From assembly GCF_023055435.1 (NCBI RefSeq), contig NW_025963935.1, positions 7,626,001 through 7,690,000 of the forward strand: 64,000 bases of DNA. The letters run 5' to 3'. The notes beneath the pieces were generated by a model. It saw only the letters and a list, made by a program, of their open reading frames with translations, was not told where the DNA came from and searched no databases. The translations under genes and the position numbers were made by a program. The DNA is from Haliotis rufescens. Taxonomy: Eukaryota. This document shows, in pieces, positions 27,876 to 39,657 of the stretch (positions are counted from its first letter, which is position 1; each line of letters starts with the position of its first letter).

Positions 27876-28240
27876 AATATTCCAGCTGTAAGAAGGCGGT
27901 CTGTAAGTAATCGAGTCTGGACCGGGCAATCCAGTGATTGACATCATGAGCAGCGATCCACGCAATTGAGATACGATGATATGCATCAACCACGTCAGAG
28001 AGTCTGACCGCTAGATCCCGTTAATCGCCATTAACGACAGGCATTGTCGCCACGATCATGATATCACATTGCACAGGTCATTAAAAGAAGACAGATCGGA
28101 GGTTTGTTTGTTTGTTGTTTAACACCGCACTCAGCAATATTCCAGCTTTATGACGGCGGTCTGTAATTAATCGAGTCTGGACCAGACAATCCAGTGATTG
28201 ACATCATGAGCATCGATCCACGCAAATCGGATCGATGACG
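27876..28240 (-). mobile_element. two 5'-truncated V-SINE-like fragments (27876-28050, 28102-28240)
   Basis: reverse complement of gtcgt..ggcgactaacggga...gctggaatattgctgagtgcgg..(caaa)n; mirrored at 36212-36580. Confidence 0.75.
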
Positions 28241-28849
28241 TGAGGAAGAGCTGACAGGTTTTTTTACATTTACATTTATGTTGTGAGAATAGTTTATGGC
28301 TCTGTGTTCTTATTGCGTATTTAATATTTAACACCCTTAAGTAATGCGAGTGGTAGAGAATGGGTCATGTTAACAACTGAACAATATCTGATACAATAGT
28401 GCTGCAGCTACGTGTACATGAGTGACGACCAGAAGATCATCAGAAGACCGCTCGGCAGCACAGGCGACTGGGAGCAAGTCTTGAAGTATTCACTGACTCC
28501 TCTGGAGTTCGTGGTTCTCGAAGATGGTAGGTGCAATACAATTAATCAAATTATAATTCTGGGTTGGCATGTGAATACATTTTTTCCTTTGCGTATGTCC
28601 ACATGGAGACCATTTCGTGTGGACAACATGGGTGCCCGTGTTACAGGGATATGCAATTTTACATAGGTCTGTGAAATTACACGGACATGTAAATAATGCA
28701 TGGTCACAGGAGTCAGAGCGACACGCCCGACAAGGAGGGTGGTGTAACCAGCATATTGCTGCTCAAACTTGACCCTAGTAACCAATACATGGTCACAGGA
28801 GACAGAGCGACACGCGCGACAAGGAGGGTGGTGTAACAACTCAACTAGG

Positions 28850-29045
28850 AATGTCAATATCAGGCGTGATCACCATGTACGATGATAAAGACGAGGCAGT
28901 AGCGGCACATTTGGCCGACTGATCTGGCGTTCACGGCTAGTTCTGGTCCTGTTGTAGGCGTCCACCCATCTCATCCCAGGTATGATCTGTGGGAGAGAGG
29001 TCTGGGGAAACAGCCGGTCATGGCCAGAGATCCTGGGGTGGAGGG
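28850..29045 (-). mobile_element. Tc1/mariner transposase C-terminal remnant
   Basis: minus strand translates to PAVSPDLSPTDHTWDEMGGRL, matching WPAGSPDLLPIEHMWDEMDRRL at 54342-54794. Confidence 0.75.
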
Positions 29046-29461
29046 GTAGGTAGGAACACATATAAAAAATCATATATATATAACTATGATATACTCTGTA
29101 GAGGCATCCATATAGATGCTGTACTCGCTACTGGCAAAAAGAAACAAACATGTTATAAGTGTAACAAGGTTTATTCACAAAACAAAGTCACAACACTTTT
29201 TTTATTCTTTAACGTTCAGATAACGTTGCTTCCGATATCAGCTCATCCTGAAAATATAAGGCAAATTCATTATAGCAAATGAATTACTTGATTCACCAGA
29301 GCACACATATACATACAGGCACAGGCTCACACGAGATCGCAAACACAAAACTCCATACACTGGCATGTGATTGCCTCTCTTCATATATTTAATAATAACA
29401 ATGTTTTGACAAAAGTTGTCATTTGTTTACGAGAGCACCTGCTGTCATTTCTGTTGGGGGG

Positions 29462-29532
29462 TGAAGTGAAATGGGGTTAAACGTCGCGTCCAAGGTTATT
29501 GCACTTTTACAGCGACAGGCATGCACGCGCGC

Positions 29533-29607
<75 letters not shown>

Positions 29608-29820
29608 TGGCTGCTTGTAGTAGTCCTGACTGATGCTGATTTATAGTGATAGCTCACTGAGATACCATACCGCAATGTAACATGAATACCCCACTCAGAC
29701 ACACAGTATACTGACCCTGAGCCGACCAGTCCTTGTCGTAGCCCTTTAATGTCGAGCGCAAGAAAGGGTAACAACAAGTACCATCTTTTAACGTCTTTTG
29801 GCGCTCTACCACTAGACCAC
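29462..29820 (-). mobile_element. Meta-SINE-like element containing a compound (CA)n/(GCAC)n microsatellite (29521-29605)
   Basis: minus strand: tggtctagtggtagagcg A box, core aaagatggtacttgttgttaccc...cattaaagggc..aggactggtcggctcagggtcag...cagtgagctatcactataaa; family name from recall. Confidence 0.7.
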
Positions 29821-30185
29821 AGAAGTATATATTAATATAATTCTCACTTGAAAATAATGTCTTTTTAAAGTATACTTGGTACATATGGTAGGTATCTTTT
29901 AGATTTTGAGCTGTTTGTAGATCAAAAGATTCTAAATAAGATATATTTTTGACAATATCTTGATGATCAAATATCGCCTGAATCTTGCACTACTTAGTGC
30001 AAATGATCACTCACGCACAATTACTATACTATTAATATGCCACTTTCATAAAATCATGAAAAACAGCTTCTCCATCTCCCAGAGTGAACACAACAAAATG
30101 CATTTACTCTGAAGGGAATAACTGCCATGGCTGAAGGGTTTCTACAAGAATCAACAAGCAATAACTTACCGTCATGGAATCCCGT

Positions 30186-33100
30186 TTATGCACAGCTGCA
30201 ACATGACAATATACATCAGAATTACAATTTAACATTTAACGGATGAGGCGGTATCTAAACGTTATCTCCTCTAAACATATCTGACACATCTTGGTGAATA
30301 AAATGAATTATTCTGTTTTGATTGATAACCCTTATTCGAAAATTCTTTAGTGGATATATTAGAAGAATATTAGGATTGAACTATTTTCAGTCACAACTCA
30401 ATCATATCAAATCAAATCTTCAAGCTGTTTTGAAGAGCAATATAAGTAACAAGAAACAGTATAAAGTCTATTGATCTGTGTTCTATTACTGGTTAATTAC
30501 TTGGTCGTTGTTCTTGCTGGATGTGTAACAGTAACTAATACATTGTAAAAATTCATACCACAATGTTGGATCACAAGCAATAGACGGGCATGCAGAGGGA
30601 GTCGACGTGGTGTATGTCAATGAACTAACGAATTCAAGTGATGTAGCATTGTAGATCTCGATATCCCTGAAAGAAGAAACCTCCATTTAGTCACCTTCAT
30701 TGAAGAAACCGGTGAGAGCAGGGCAACACATCGACTGTACAAATGAAACTGGTTTATAAATTAATGGAAAATATGCTACATAACTATGCTTGTCGTAAGA
30801 GGCGACTTGACTTGGTTGATGCATGCCATCTTATCCCAATTGCGTAGATCAATGCTTATGATGTAAATCACTGAATTGTCTGGTCCAGACTTGATAATTT
30901 ACAGACCAACGTCATACAGCTGGAATATGGCTTAGTGCGGCGTGACACAACAAACAAACAAAACCATTCAACAAACAAACTGAATTCATGCACCCTGATA
31001 ACTTAAATAAGTCCGACCAAGAGATGCCTTTTTCGCGGCTTCTCTCTCATGCCTAATCTAAAATCTACTTATACTGACATGATGAGATTCCTTCTGAGTA
31101 TCTACAGAAGCTAAGTAGAGCATGTAGAGGTCTCTCACCCACTTTAACTACAAGTATATCATGTGGTGGTCCCTCACCCACTTTAACTACAAGTATATCA
31201 CGTGGTGGTCCCTCACCCAGTTTAACTACAAGTATATCATGTGGTGGTCCCTCACCTTCTTTAACTACAAGTATATCATGTGGAAGTCCCTCACCTCCTT
31301 TAACTACAAGTATATCATGTGGTGGTCCCTCACCCACTTTAACTACAAGTATATCATGTGGAAGTCCCTCACCTCCTTTAACTACAAGTATATCATGTGG
31401 TGGTCCCTCACCCACTTTAACTACAAGTACATCATGTGGTGGTCCCTTCCCCCTTTAACTACAAGTATATCACGTGGTGGTCCCTCACTGCCTTTAACTA
31501 CAAGTATATCATGTGATGGTCACTAACCCATTTAACTACAGGTATATCACGTGGTGGTCCCTTCCCCTTTAATTACAAGAATATCATGTGGTGGTCCCAT
31601 CCCCCTTTAACTACAAGTATATGATGTTGTGATCCCTTTCCCTTTAACTACAAGTATATCAAGTGGCGGCCCCTCATCCCCTTTAACTACAACTATATCA
31701 TGTAGTGATCCCTTTCCCTTTAACTACCAGTATATCAAGTGGCGGCCCCTCATCCCCTTTAACTACAAGTATATGATGTGGTGGTCCCTCATCCCCTTTA
31801 ACAACAAGTATATCATGTGGTGGTCCCTTCCCCCTTTAACTACAAGTATATCATGTGGTGATCCCTCACCCCCTTTAACTAGAAGTATATCCTGTGGTGA
31901 TCCCTTCCCCTTTATCTACAAGTATATCAAGTGGCGGCCCCTCATCCCCTTTAACTACAAGTTTATCATGTGGTGATCCCTTCCCCTTTACCTACAAGTA
32001 TATCATGTGGTGATCCCTCATCCCCTTGAACTACAAGTATATCAAGTGGCGGCCACTCACCCCCTTTAACTACAAGTATATCATGTGATGGTCCCTTCCC
32101 TTTTAACTACATGTATATCATGTGGTGATCCCTTCCCCTTTAACTACAAGTATATCAAGTGGCGGCCCCTCATCCCCTTTAACTACAAGTATATCATGTG
32201 GCGGCCCCTCATCCCCTTTAACTTCAAGTATATGATGTGGTGGTCTCTCATCCCCTTTAACTACAAGTAGATCATGTGGTGATCCCTTCCCTTTTAACTA
32301 CAAGTATATCATGTGGTGATCCCTTCCCCTTTAACTACAAGTATATCAAGTGGCGGCCCCTCATCCCCATTATCTACAAGTATATTATGTGGTGGTCCCA
32401 TCCCTTCAACTACAAGCATATCAAGTGGCGGCCCCTCGTCCTCTTTAACTACAAGTATATGATGTGGTGGTCCCTCACCTTCTTTAACTACAAGTATATC
32501 ATGTGGTGGTCCCTCACCTTATTTAACTACAAGTATATCATGTGTTGATCCCTCATCCCCTTTAACTACAAGTACATCATTCGGAAGTCCCTCACCTTCT
32601 TTAACTACAAGTATATCATGTGGTGGTCCCTCACCTTCTTTAACTACAAGTATATCATGTGTTGATCCCTCATCCCCCTTAACTACAAGTATATCATGTG
32701 GTGATCCCTTCCCCTTTAACTACAAGTACACCATGTGGTGATCCCATCCCCTTTAACTACAAGAATATGATGTGGTGGTCCCTCATCCCCTTTAACTACA
32801 AGTAGATCATGTGGTGATCCTTTCCCCTTTAACTACAAGTAGATCATGTGGTGATCCCTTCCATTTTAACTACATGTATATCATGTGGTGATCCCTTCCC
32901 CTTTAACTACAAGTATATCAAGTGGCGGCCCCTCATCCCCTTTAACTACAAGTATATGATGTGGTGATCCCTCACCCCCTTTAACTACAAGTATATGATG
33001 TGGTGGTCCCTCACCCCCTTTAACTACAAGTATATCATGTGTTGGCCCCTCACCTCCTTTAACTACAAGTATATCATGTGTTGATCCCTCAGCCCCTTTA

Positions 33101-36100
33101 ACTACAAGTATATCATGTGTTGGCCCCTCACCTCCTTTAACTACAAGTATATCATGTGTTGGCCCCTCAGCCCCTTTAACTACAAGTATATCATGTGGAA
33201 GTCCCTCACCTTCTTTAACTACAAGTATATCATGTGGTGGTCCCTCACCTTCTTTAACTACAAGTATATCATGTGTTGATCCCTCATCCCCTTTAACTAC
33301 AAGTACATCATGTGGAAGTCCCTCACCTTCTTTAACTACAAGTATATCATGTGGTGGTCCCTCACCTTCTTTAACTACAAGTATATCATGTGTTGATCCC
33401 TCATCCCCCTTAACTACAAGTATATCATGTGGTGATCCCTTCCCCTTTAACTACAAGTACACCATGTGGTGATCCCATCCCCTTTAACTACAAGAATATG
33501 ATGTGGTGGTCCCTCATCCCCTTTAACTACAAGTATATCATGTGGTCATCCCTTCCCCTTTTACTACAAGTATATCATGTGGTGATCCCTTCCCCTTTAA
33601 CTACAAGTATATCATGTGTTGACCCCTCATTCCATTTAACTACAGGTATATCACGTGGTGATCCCTTTCCCTTTAACTACAAGTAGATCATGTGTTGGTC
33701 CCTTACACCCTTTCACTACAAGTATATCATGTGGTGGTCCCTCATCCCCTTTAACTACAAGTATATCATGTGGTGGTCCCTTCCCCTTTAACTACAAGTA
33801 TATCATGTCGTGATCCCTTTCCCTTTAACTACAAGTATATCATGTGTTGGCCCCTCATCCCATTTAACTACAGGTATATCACGTGGTGGTCCCTTCCCCT
33901 TTAACAACATGAATATCATGTGGTGATCCCTTCCCCTTTAACTACAAGTATATCACGTGGTGGTCCCTCAAGTATAACATGTCGATGCAAGGCCACATGT
34001 TCAGACTGTAAACACAATTCAGTTCTATTACAATAAACTCACTAAGAACGCACCTTCACTTAGTTTATACTTATTTTATGAAAGACGCAAACTCTCACCT
34101 TACACCTCACTCTTACCTGGCCATCAAGCAACCTGATATGAGAAGGGGTCGGCACAAGGGGCACAGACATAAAATTCCCCACAAGACTGACATTGGTTCA
34201 ACACTTACATATGAATTACCAACAAAAGCAAATCTTATGAATAATAAAGATGCCAATTTTGTATTTGTTCTTGTTTTAAAGAAAGAAAGTTCAGTGTGTA
34301 TATATTCAAAACGTATAACGTCTGTTTTACTCACGCATCGTTTTTGTTTGCGATGTAGATCAGGTCATCATCACAGGGGCTGACTTTAATTGAACCACAG
34401 CAGTCACCATCGGTAGGCTCTTTCAGCTGTCTGTATGTTTTGTCAGTAGGATCATATATCAACACGGCACCGGATGTTTCACAGAACACAATTCTTCCTG
34501 TATAAGAAAGTGAGTGAGTGAAATGGGTTTAACACCGCTTTAAACAGTATTCCAGGCATATCACGACGTGTCGACTTGATGTTAGGAGAAAACCCAAAGT
34601 GATGTAGGTCTTAGACGTTTACCACTTTGGTAAAACCAACGAGCACGGGTATGGTGCTGACAAGCATCATCAATTGAAACATAATCGGGGTGAACCGGGA
34701 TTCGAACCCACGATCATTGGTTTCTGGCATGCCCAAAGGACGCAACTCTGCACAGCAAATAGCGTCACCTTAGACGACTGGGCCATCCGTGCACCCAAGT
34801 GTGAGAAGAGGCATTGTCATGAAATAGTAGAACTCAAGCAGTCAGTATTCCTCGCCGATTTGTATCAGAGAAATGTAGATTAAATGTATGATCTTTTAGG
34901 TAATGATTCACAGCAAAACGCTTTTCTACTTGTATCAGATACATATATAATACCGGAAAAAAAGTATCTATGCCTAATAAAAAGTACATAAAACGTAAAT
35001 AATAAAAAATACATTTATTCTGAATTCGAAACATGCATCTTTCAAATCATATTCATGAAGACATCCCATCAACTTTAATGTCCTGACTTACAAAATGTAC
35101 GTCCATGTTCACGCTGTTAATTTGGATGTTTGCGTGTTTGATGGCAGAATTATACTCATGACTGTGGCTTTACAACCGTTAATATGATTACGCAGTGCTC
35201 AACGTCTACGCACAGTGGGAATGTTGTAAGCAGGAATGGCGCAAAACAGAGATGCCAGACATTTAATGTTTATTAAAACACAACTTCAACTCTTTGGAGA
35301 CGCTATCTACAGCAGGGCAAGGCTCATCACTAGCCACCGTCCAATCGACGTTGTCGGGCGTGTCGCTCTGTCTCCTGTGACCATGAATGGGTTACCAGGG
35401 CCAAGTATGAGCAGTTATATGCTGGTTACACCTACCTCCTTGTCGGACGTGTCGCTCTGCCTCCTGTGACCATGTATGGGTTTCCAGGGTCAAGTTTCAG
35501 CAGCAATATGCTGGTTACACCACCCTCCTTGTCGGGCGTGTCACTCTGTCTCCTGTGACCATGTATGGGTTACTAGGGTCAAGTTTGAGCAGTAATATGC
35601 TGGTTACACCACCCTCCTTGTCGGGCGTGTCACTCTGTCTCCTGTGACCATGTATGGGTTACTAGGGTCAAGTTTGAGCAGTAATATGCTGGTTACACCA
35701 CCCTCCTTGTCGGGCGTGTCGCTCTGACTCCTGTGACCATGCATTATTTACATGTCCGTGTAATTTCACAGACCTATGTAAAATTGCATATCCCTGTAAC
35801 ACGGGCACCCATGTTGTCCACACGAAATGGTCTCCATGTGGACATACGCAAAGGAAAAAATGTATTCACATGCCAACCCAGAATTATAATTTGATTAATT
35901 GTATTGCACCTACCATCTTCGAGAACCACGAACTCCAGAGGAGGCAGTGAATACTTCAAGACTTGCTCCCAGTCGCCTGTGCTGCCGAGCGGTCTTCTGA
36001 TGATCTTCTGGTCGTCACTCATGTACACGTAGCTGCAGCAATATTGTATCAGATATTGTTCAGTCGTTAACCTGGCCCATTCTCTACCAGTCGCATTACA

Positions 36101-39100
36101 TAAGGGTGTTAAAAATTAAATACGCAATAAGAACACAGAGCCATAAACTATTCTCACAACATAAATGTAAATATAAAAAAAACCCGACAACTCCCTATCA
36201 GCTCTTCCTTACGTCATCGATCCCATTTGCGTGGATCGATGCTCATGACTCGATTAATTACAGACCGCCGTTATATAGCTGGAATATTGCTGAGTGCGGT
36301 GTTAAACAACAAACAAACAAACATACAATCTGTCTTCTTTTAATGACCTGTGCAATGTGATATCATGATTCTGGTGACAATGCCTGTCGTTAGTGGCGAC
36401 TAACGGGATCTGGCGGTCAGACTCGCTGACTAGGTTGATGCATATCATCGTATCCTAATTGCGTGGATCGATGCTCATGATGTCAATCACTGGATTGTCT
36501 GGTCCAGACTCCACTATTTTCTGACCGCCTTCATACAGCTGGAATATGAGTGCAGCGTGTACAACAAACAAACAAAACCAAAGCAATCATGCACAACACG
36601 TCCTTGTCAGCCCTTGAAGTAAGTCTGTGTACATACTCGCCACAAATATTAATGTTGCCAGTGTCGCCATCATAGGAGAAGAGAAGTTCGGCGGCGATGA
36701 CTCCTCTCGAGAAGGTATAGATACCATTCGGAGCAAAATTCGTGGTAATGGCTACATAAACGAAGCCTCCGTTGGCAGGATTGAAGGCAATGCCAGTTAT
36801 GCTTAGTACTGTCCCTGACAACAAATCAATGACAAATTAAGGCTTGGGCTGATAAAGAATAAAAGTGTCAATAAAGGTGTCAAACAATGGAACGTTTGCT
36901 TGTATAGGAGGGGGCATGGGTGGCCCAGTCGTCTAAGGCGCCGTGATTCGCTGTGTAGAGCTGCGTCCCTTGGGCACGCCAGAAACCTATGATTGTGGGT
37001 TCGAATCCGGTACGCCCCGATTATGTTTTTAGGTTTGCCAGCACCATTCCGGTGCTCGTGGGTTTCACCGAAGTGGTAAACGTGAGACCTGCATCACTTC
37101 GGGCTTTCCTCCCAAATTAAGCTGACACACCGTGATATAACTGGAATACTGTTAAAAGTGGCGTTAAATCCTACTCACCCACCCACTCACTCACACTTGT
37201 ATAGATCACATGTAAAAGTGTAATAGGGTAGTTATAAGAATATGGCAGGATCAAAGCAGTATCTTTCCAATTACCTGTCAGAAACAGAAGTGTATAATGT
37301 GATACGATATTACAGTTATTTTATCTCCTAAAGGGGTAGTTGTATACAACTTGTTGTATGCAATTAGTTGCACGAACTGAAATTGTATACAAGTCGGCTT
37401 TCACACGGCGGCGAGTTGCATACAACACGGGTCTCGCGAGATATCTGACAAAAAGCTTGTGATTAACTACATTATTGCTGGAATCCTGGTTGCCGAGTTA
37501 ATGTTCAGATGCATATAGTTTCGAAAAATCAACGCTGCGCGAGAATTGCGGTCGCGCGGTACTGGACCAACCTCTGACTTTGCAATTTAACGGACTTGTA
37601 TATTATTGAATTTTTACCCCCTTGATAGACAATTAAAGACTGGTTTGAAAAGCAAAAAGTGTTAAATGTTGTCCAAGTTGTTTTGCTAACGAAAAAGCCT
37701 CTAAAATATGCAGCCTTATTAGATCGTACATAGATAAAGTACAGTTTATTTGACAGCTTTATGTAAACTGTGAATGAACAAAATACTGTCATATATCCGA
37801 ACAACATCATGACAGATATATTAGAATTGTACGATTATTTATAACGTGACACATTCGTCACGAAAACGTACTTGTTTTATGTGGTGAAAACAAATTTTCC
37901 GCTTTGACGTCAAAACACGAGGGCGATGTCTACATGTACAAAGACAAAAAGGGCACAACTCAGCAATTCTTATCCTAAGTCATTGTAACTCAGCACCCGT
38001 CATGATTGTCCTCCCAAACTCTCCACTCACAACATTAGTAATTTGGACAGGGATTCATTGCGTGTCCAAACATGGGTATTTTCTCAACATACAAATTGAT
38101 AAGTTATTTTGAACAAAAATGCATAATGCTAACAAACGTACTATCCTCTCCTCCTAGGGGTGTATCCACTCCGGATGGCATGGCTTTACATACGACTGAA
38201 ACAACACTAGCGTTTGTGTAGTAAGATAATGCATAGTCAGACATCGCGTTGGGGGGGCCAGACAATGTCCATCCTTCTACATTTTCAGTTGTAGTGATGC
38301 CATTTTGGATGAAGCCATTAGGATCCACGACGACAACATCAGTTCCATCACACGACGCCACAAACACCGCACCGGTACCTTCAAGTATATAGCAGCAACT
38401 TAAAGTCAACAAGACATGGTTTTGTTTGCGCTGGCATACCATTTTGAAACTTGATTTAAGTAACGACTGTAAGACCATACCCGAGTCAGCCACATTATCT
38501 CATGAGTTGATATTTATTTGCTGATATGTCTACATGCATTTTGACTATGTTACACAGATTCCGGGTATCCTGGTATCTTTTCTAGTCGTGTAAGGCAATC
38601 AGCTCACGCACAATGCACAACGTCCAGAAAAGATACCCCAAAACACTACATGTTAAAGATTACATATTTCTATATACTTTGTAATGTCATGATTGTTACG
38701 TCATGAACATGAACTTGAATTGCAATGGGCATGTGATGGAAAGTTTAACTATCCAAATTTAAAACACGTGTCACCCTTTTACTTATAGCTGCACAAGTTT
38801 TCTGCACTAGAACTGTCGCTGTGTAACACTGCCTCTTTGTAATAACAGTAATCAGTTATTGTTAACTTGGTTTAGATGAATGACAAATTTCTCAAGTAGC
38901 GTTTTAATGGTCTGATTGAAACCCGCTCAATCTGCCCCCTTATCTTAGATGTCTGTAGAGCAAGGTTCAAGCCACATCAGCAGTAGGTCAGTGAATCTAT
39001 CGTTTCTGGATATATAATGATATTGCAATAAAGAAAATACTTGTTGGTGATTGTAAAAGACCTACGATCCGGACACTCTTGTGGAGCGTCGGCCTTGACA

Positions 39101-39657
39101 GTCTGTACTGCATCGGAGAAGTTTTGGAGAGCAGTCAAGAAGGCGTTGACTCTTGTTTCGTAACACTCAGGGGGTTCACCTGCAAGACGATAGATTATTC
39201 GGAAATGATACTGGATTCTCTAAAATACTCAATCATAACATAATTTACATACGCTTCACTGTGTGCGAAAGCATGTGAAATGTATTTCGTTGATAAACAC
39301 CTGAGAATATTTCAGCTCAGAACAGTTGTATTGCACGTGTTGCCGGAATAGTGATTGAACACACTTGTAACCACCATGCAGCCACTGTAAACTACACAAT
39401 CAAAATAGCCAAATAGATACATAAACTCAGGTCGAGTGAAAACAACCCCACACAGCACTTATATTTGCCCGCCATTCAGGCCCACGATCACAGCATCATG
39501 TGGACAACACATGTATAAAAAACTTTTAGTAGGTTTGACCTTTGAATCTTCTTGAGAAAATCCGTTTTTCAAAATTTCAGTTCCAGAATAGACTGCACCC
39601 AACGTAAAACAACAGTGATGGTTGTTTATGTATGCTCACCGTGAGATAAGACGTCAT
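30186..39657 (-). CDS. gene A: ~333-aa putative secreted beta-propeller-like protein. Coding exons 39657-39640, 39391-39337, 39179-39066, 38378-38142, 36814-36637, 36032-35914, 34497-34335, 30666-30559, 30195-30186
   Basis: all introns GT-AG with matching phases (0,1,1,1,2,1,2,2) and no internal stop: MTSYLTFTVAAWWLQVCSITIPATREPPECYETRVNAFLTALQNFSDAVQTVKADAPQECPDRTGAVFVASCDG...ITGIAFNPANGGFVYVA...YVYMSDDQKIIRR...RIVFCETSGAVLIYDP...IKVSPCDDDLIYIANKNDADIEIYN...CPSIACDPTLCCA*. Exon 2 donor (AC|gtgcaa) is weak, so the N-terminus is tentative. Confidence 0.85.
30787..30980 (+). mobile_element. V-SINE-like fragment
   Basis: tgcttgtcgtaagaggcgact core, gctggaatatgg..agtgcggcg, (caaa)n tail. Confidence 0.8.
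31130..33970 (+). repeat. 37/39-bp minisatellite (ccctcatcccctttaactacaagtatatcatgtggtggt), ~75 units, inside intron 7 of gene A
   Basis: direct periodicity with two length variants. Confidence 0.97.
34509..34796 (-). mobile_element. SINE family 2, full length, in intron 6 of gene A
   Basis: reverse complement of gggtgcacggatggcccagtcgtctaagg...ggttcgaatcccgg...(ctca)n. Confidence 0.92.
35351..35740 (+). repeat. 89-bp tandem repeat, ~4.4 units (only ~1.6 units in the left arm at 28700-28848)
   Basis: ttgtcgg(g/a)cgtgtc recurs at 35351, 35440, 35529, 35618, 35707. Confidence 0.95.
36212..36580 (+). mobile_element. two V-SINE-like fragments (36212-36325, 36380-36580)
   Basis: gtcgttagtggcgactaacgggatc core and (caaa)n tails. 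Confidence 0.78.
36910..37195 (+). mobile_element. SINE family 2 with cttgtatag TSD
   Basis: A and B boxes, tail and TSD visible. Confidence 0.92.

Larger units (their letters stand above)
24281..28526 (+). pseudogene. truncated, frameshifted inverted copy of gene A (exons 24281-24298, 25147-25201, 25348-25461, 26113-26350, 27703-~27875, 28408-28526)
   Basis: exon-by-exon homology to the minus-strand gene; +1 T at 26285-26288 gives TAG at 26292; exon 5 donor deleted; exons 7-9 absent. Confidence 0.85.
22380..28850 (+). repeat. left arm of large inverted segmental duplication (pairs with 35350-40910)
   Basis: continuous reverse-complement match of introns, exons and shared SINEs, with arm-specific indels. 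Confidence 0.95.

Noticed and set aside
31065-33686. ORFs with FNYKYIMWWSL / GEGPPHDILVVK repeats
   Set aside because: 37/39-bp minisatellite within an intron; the mixed unit length shifts frames
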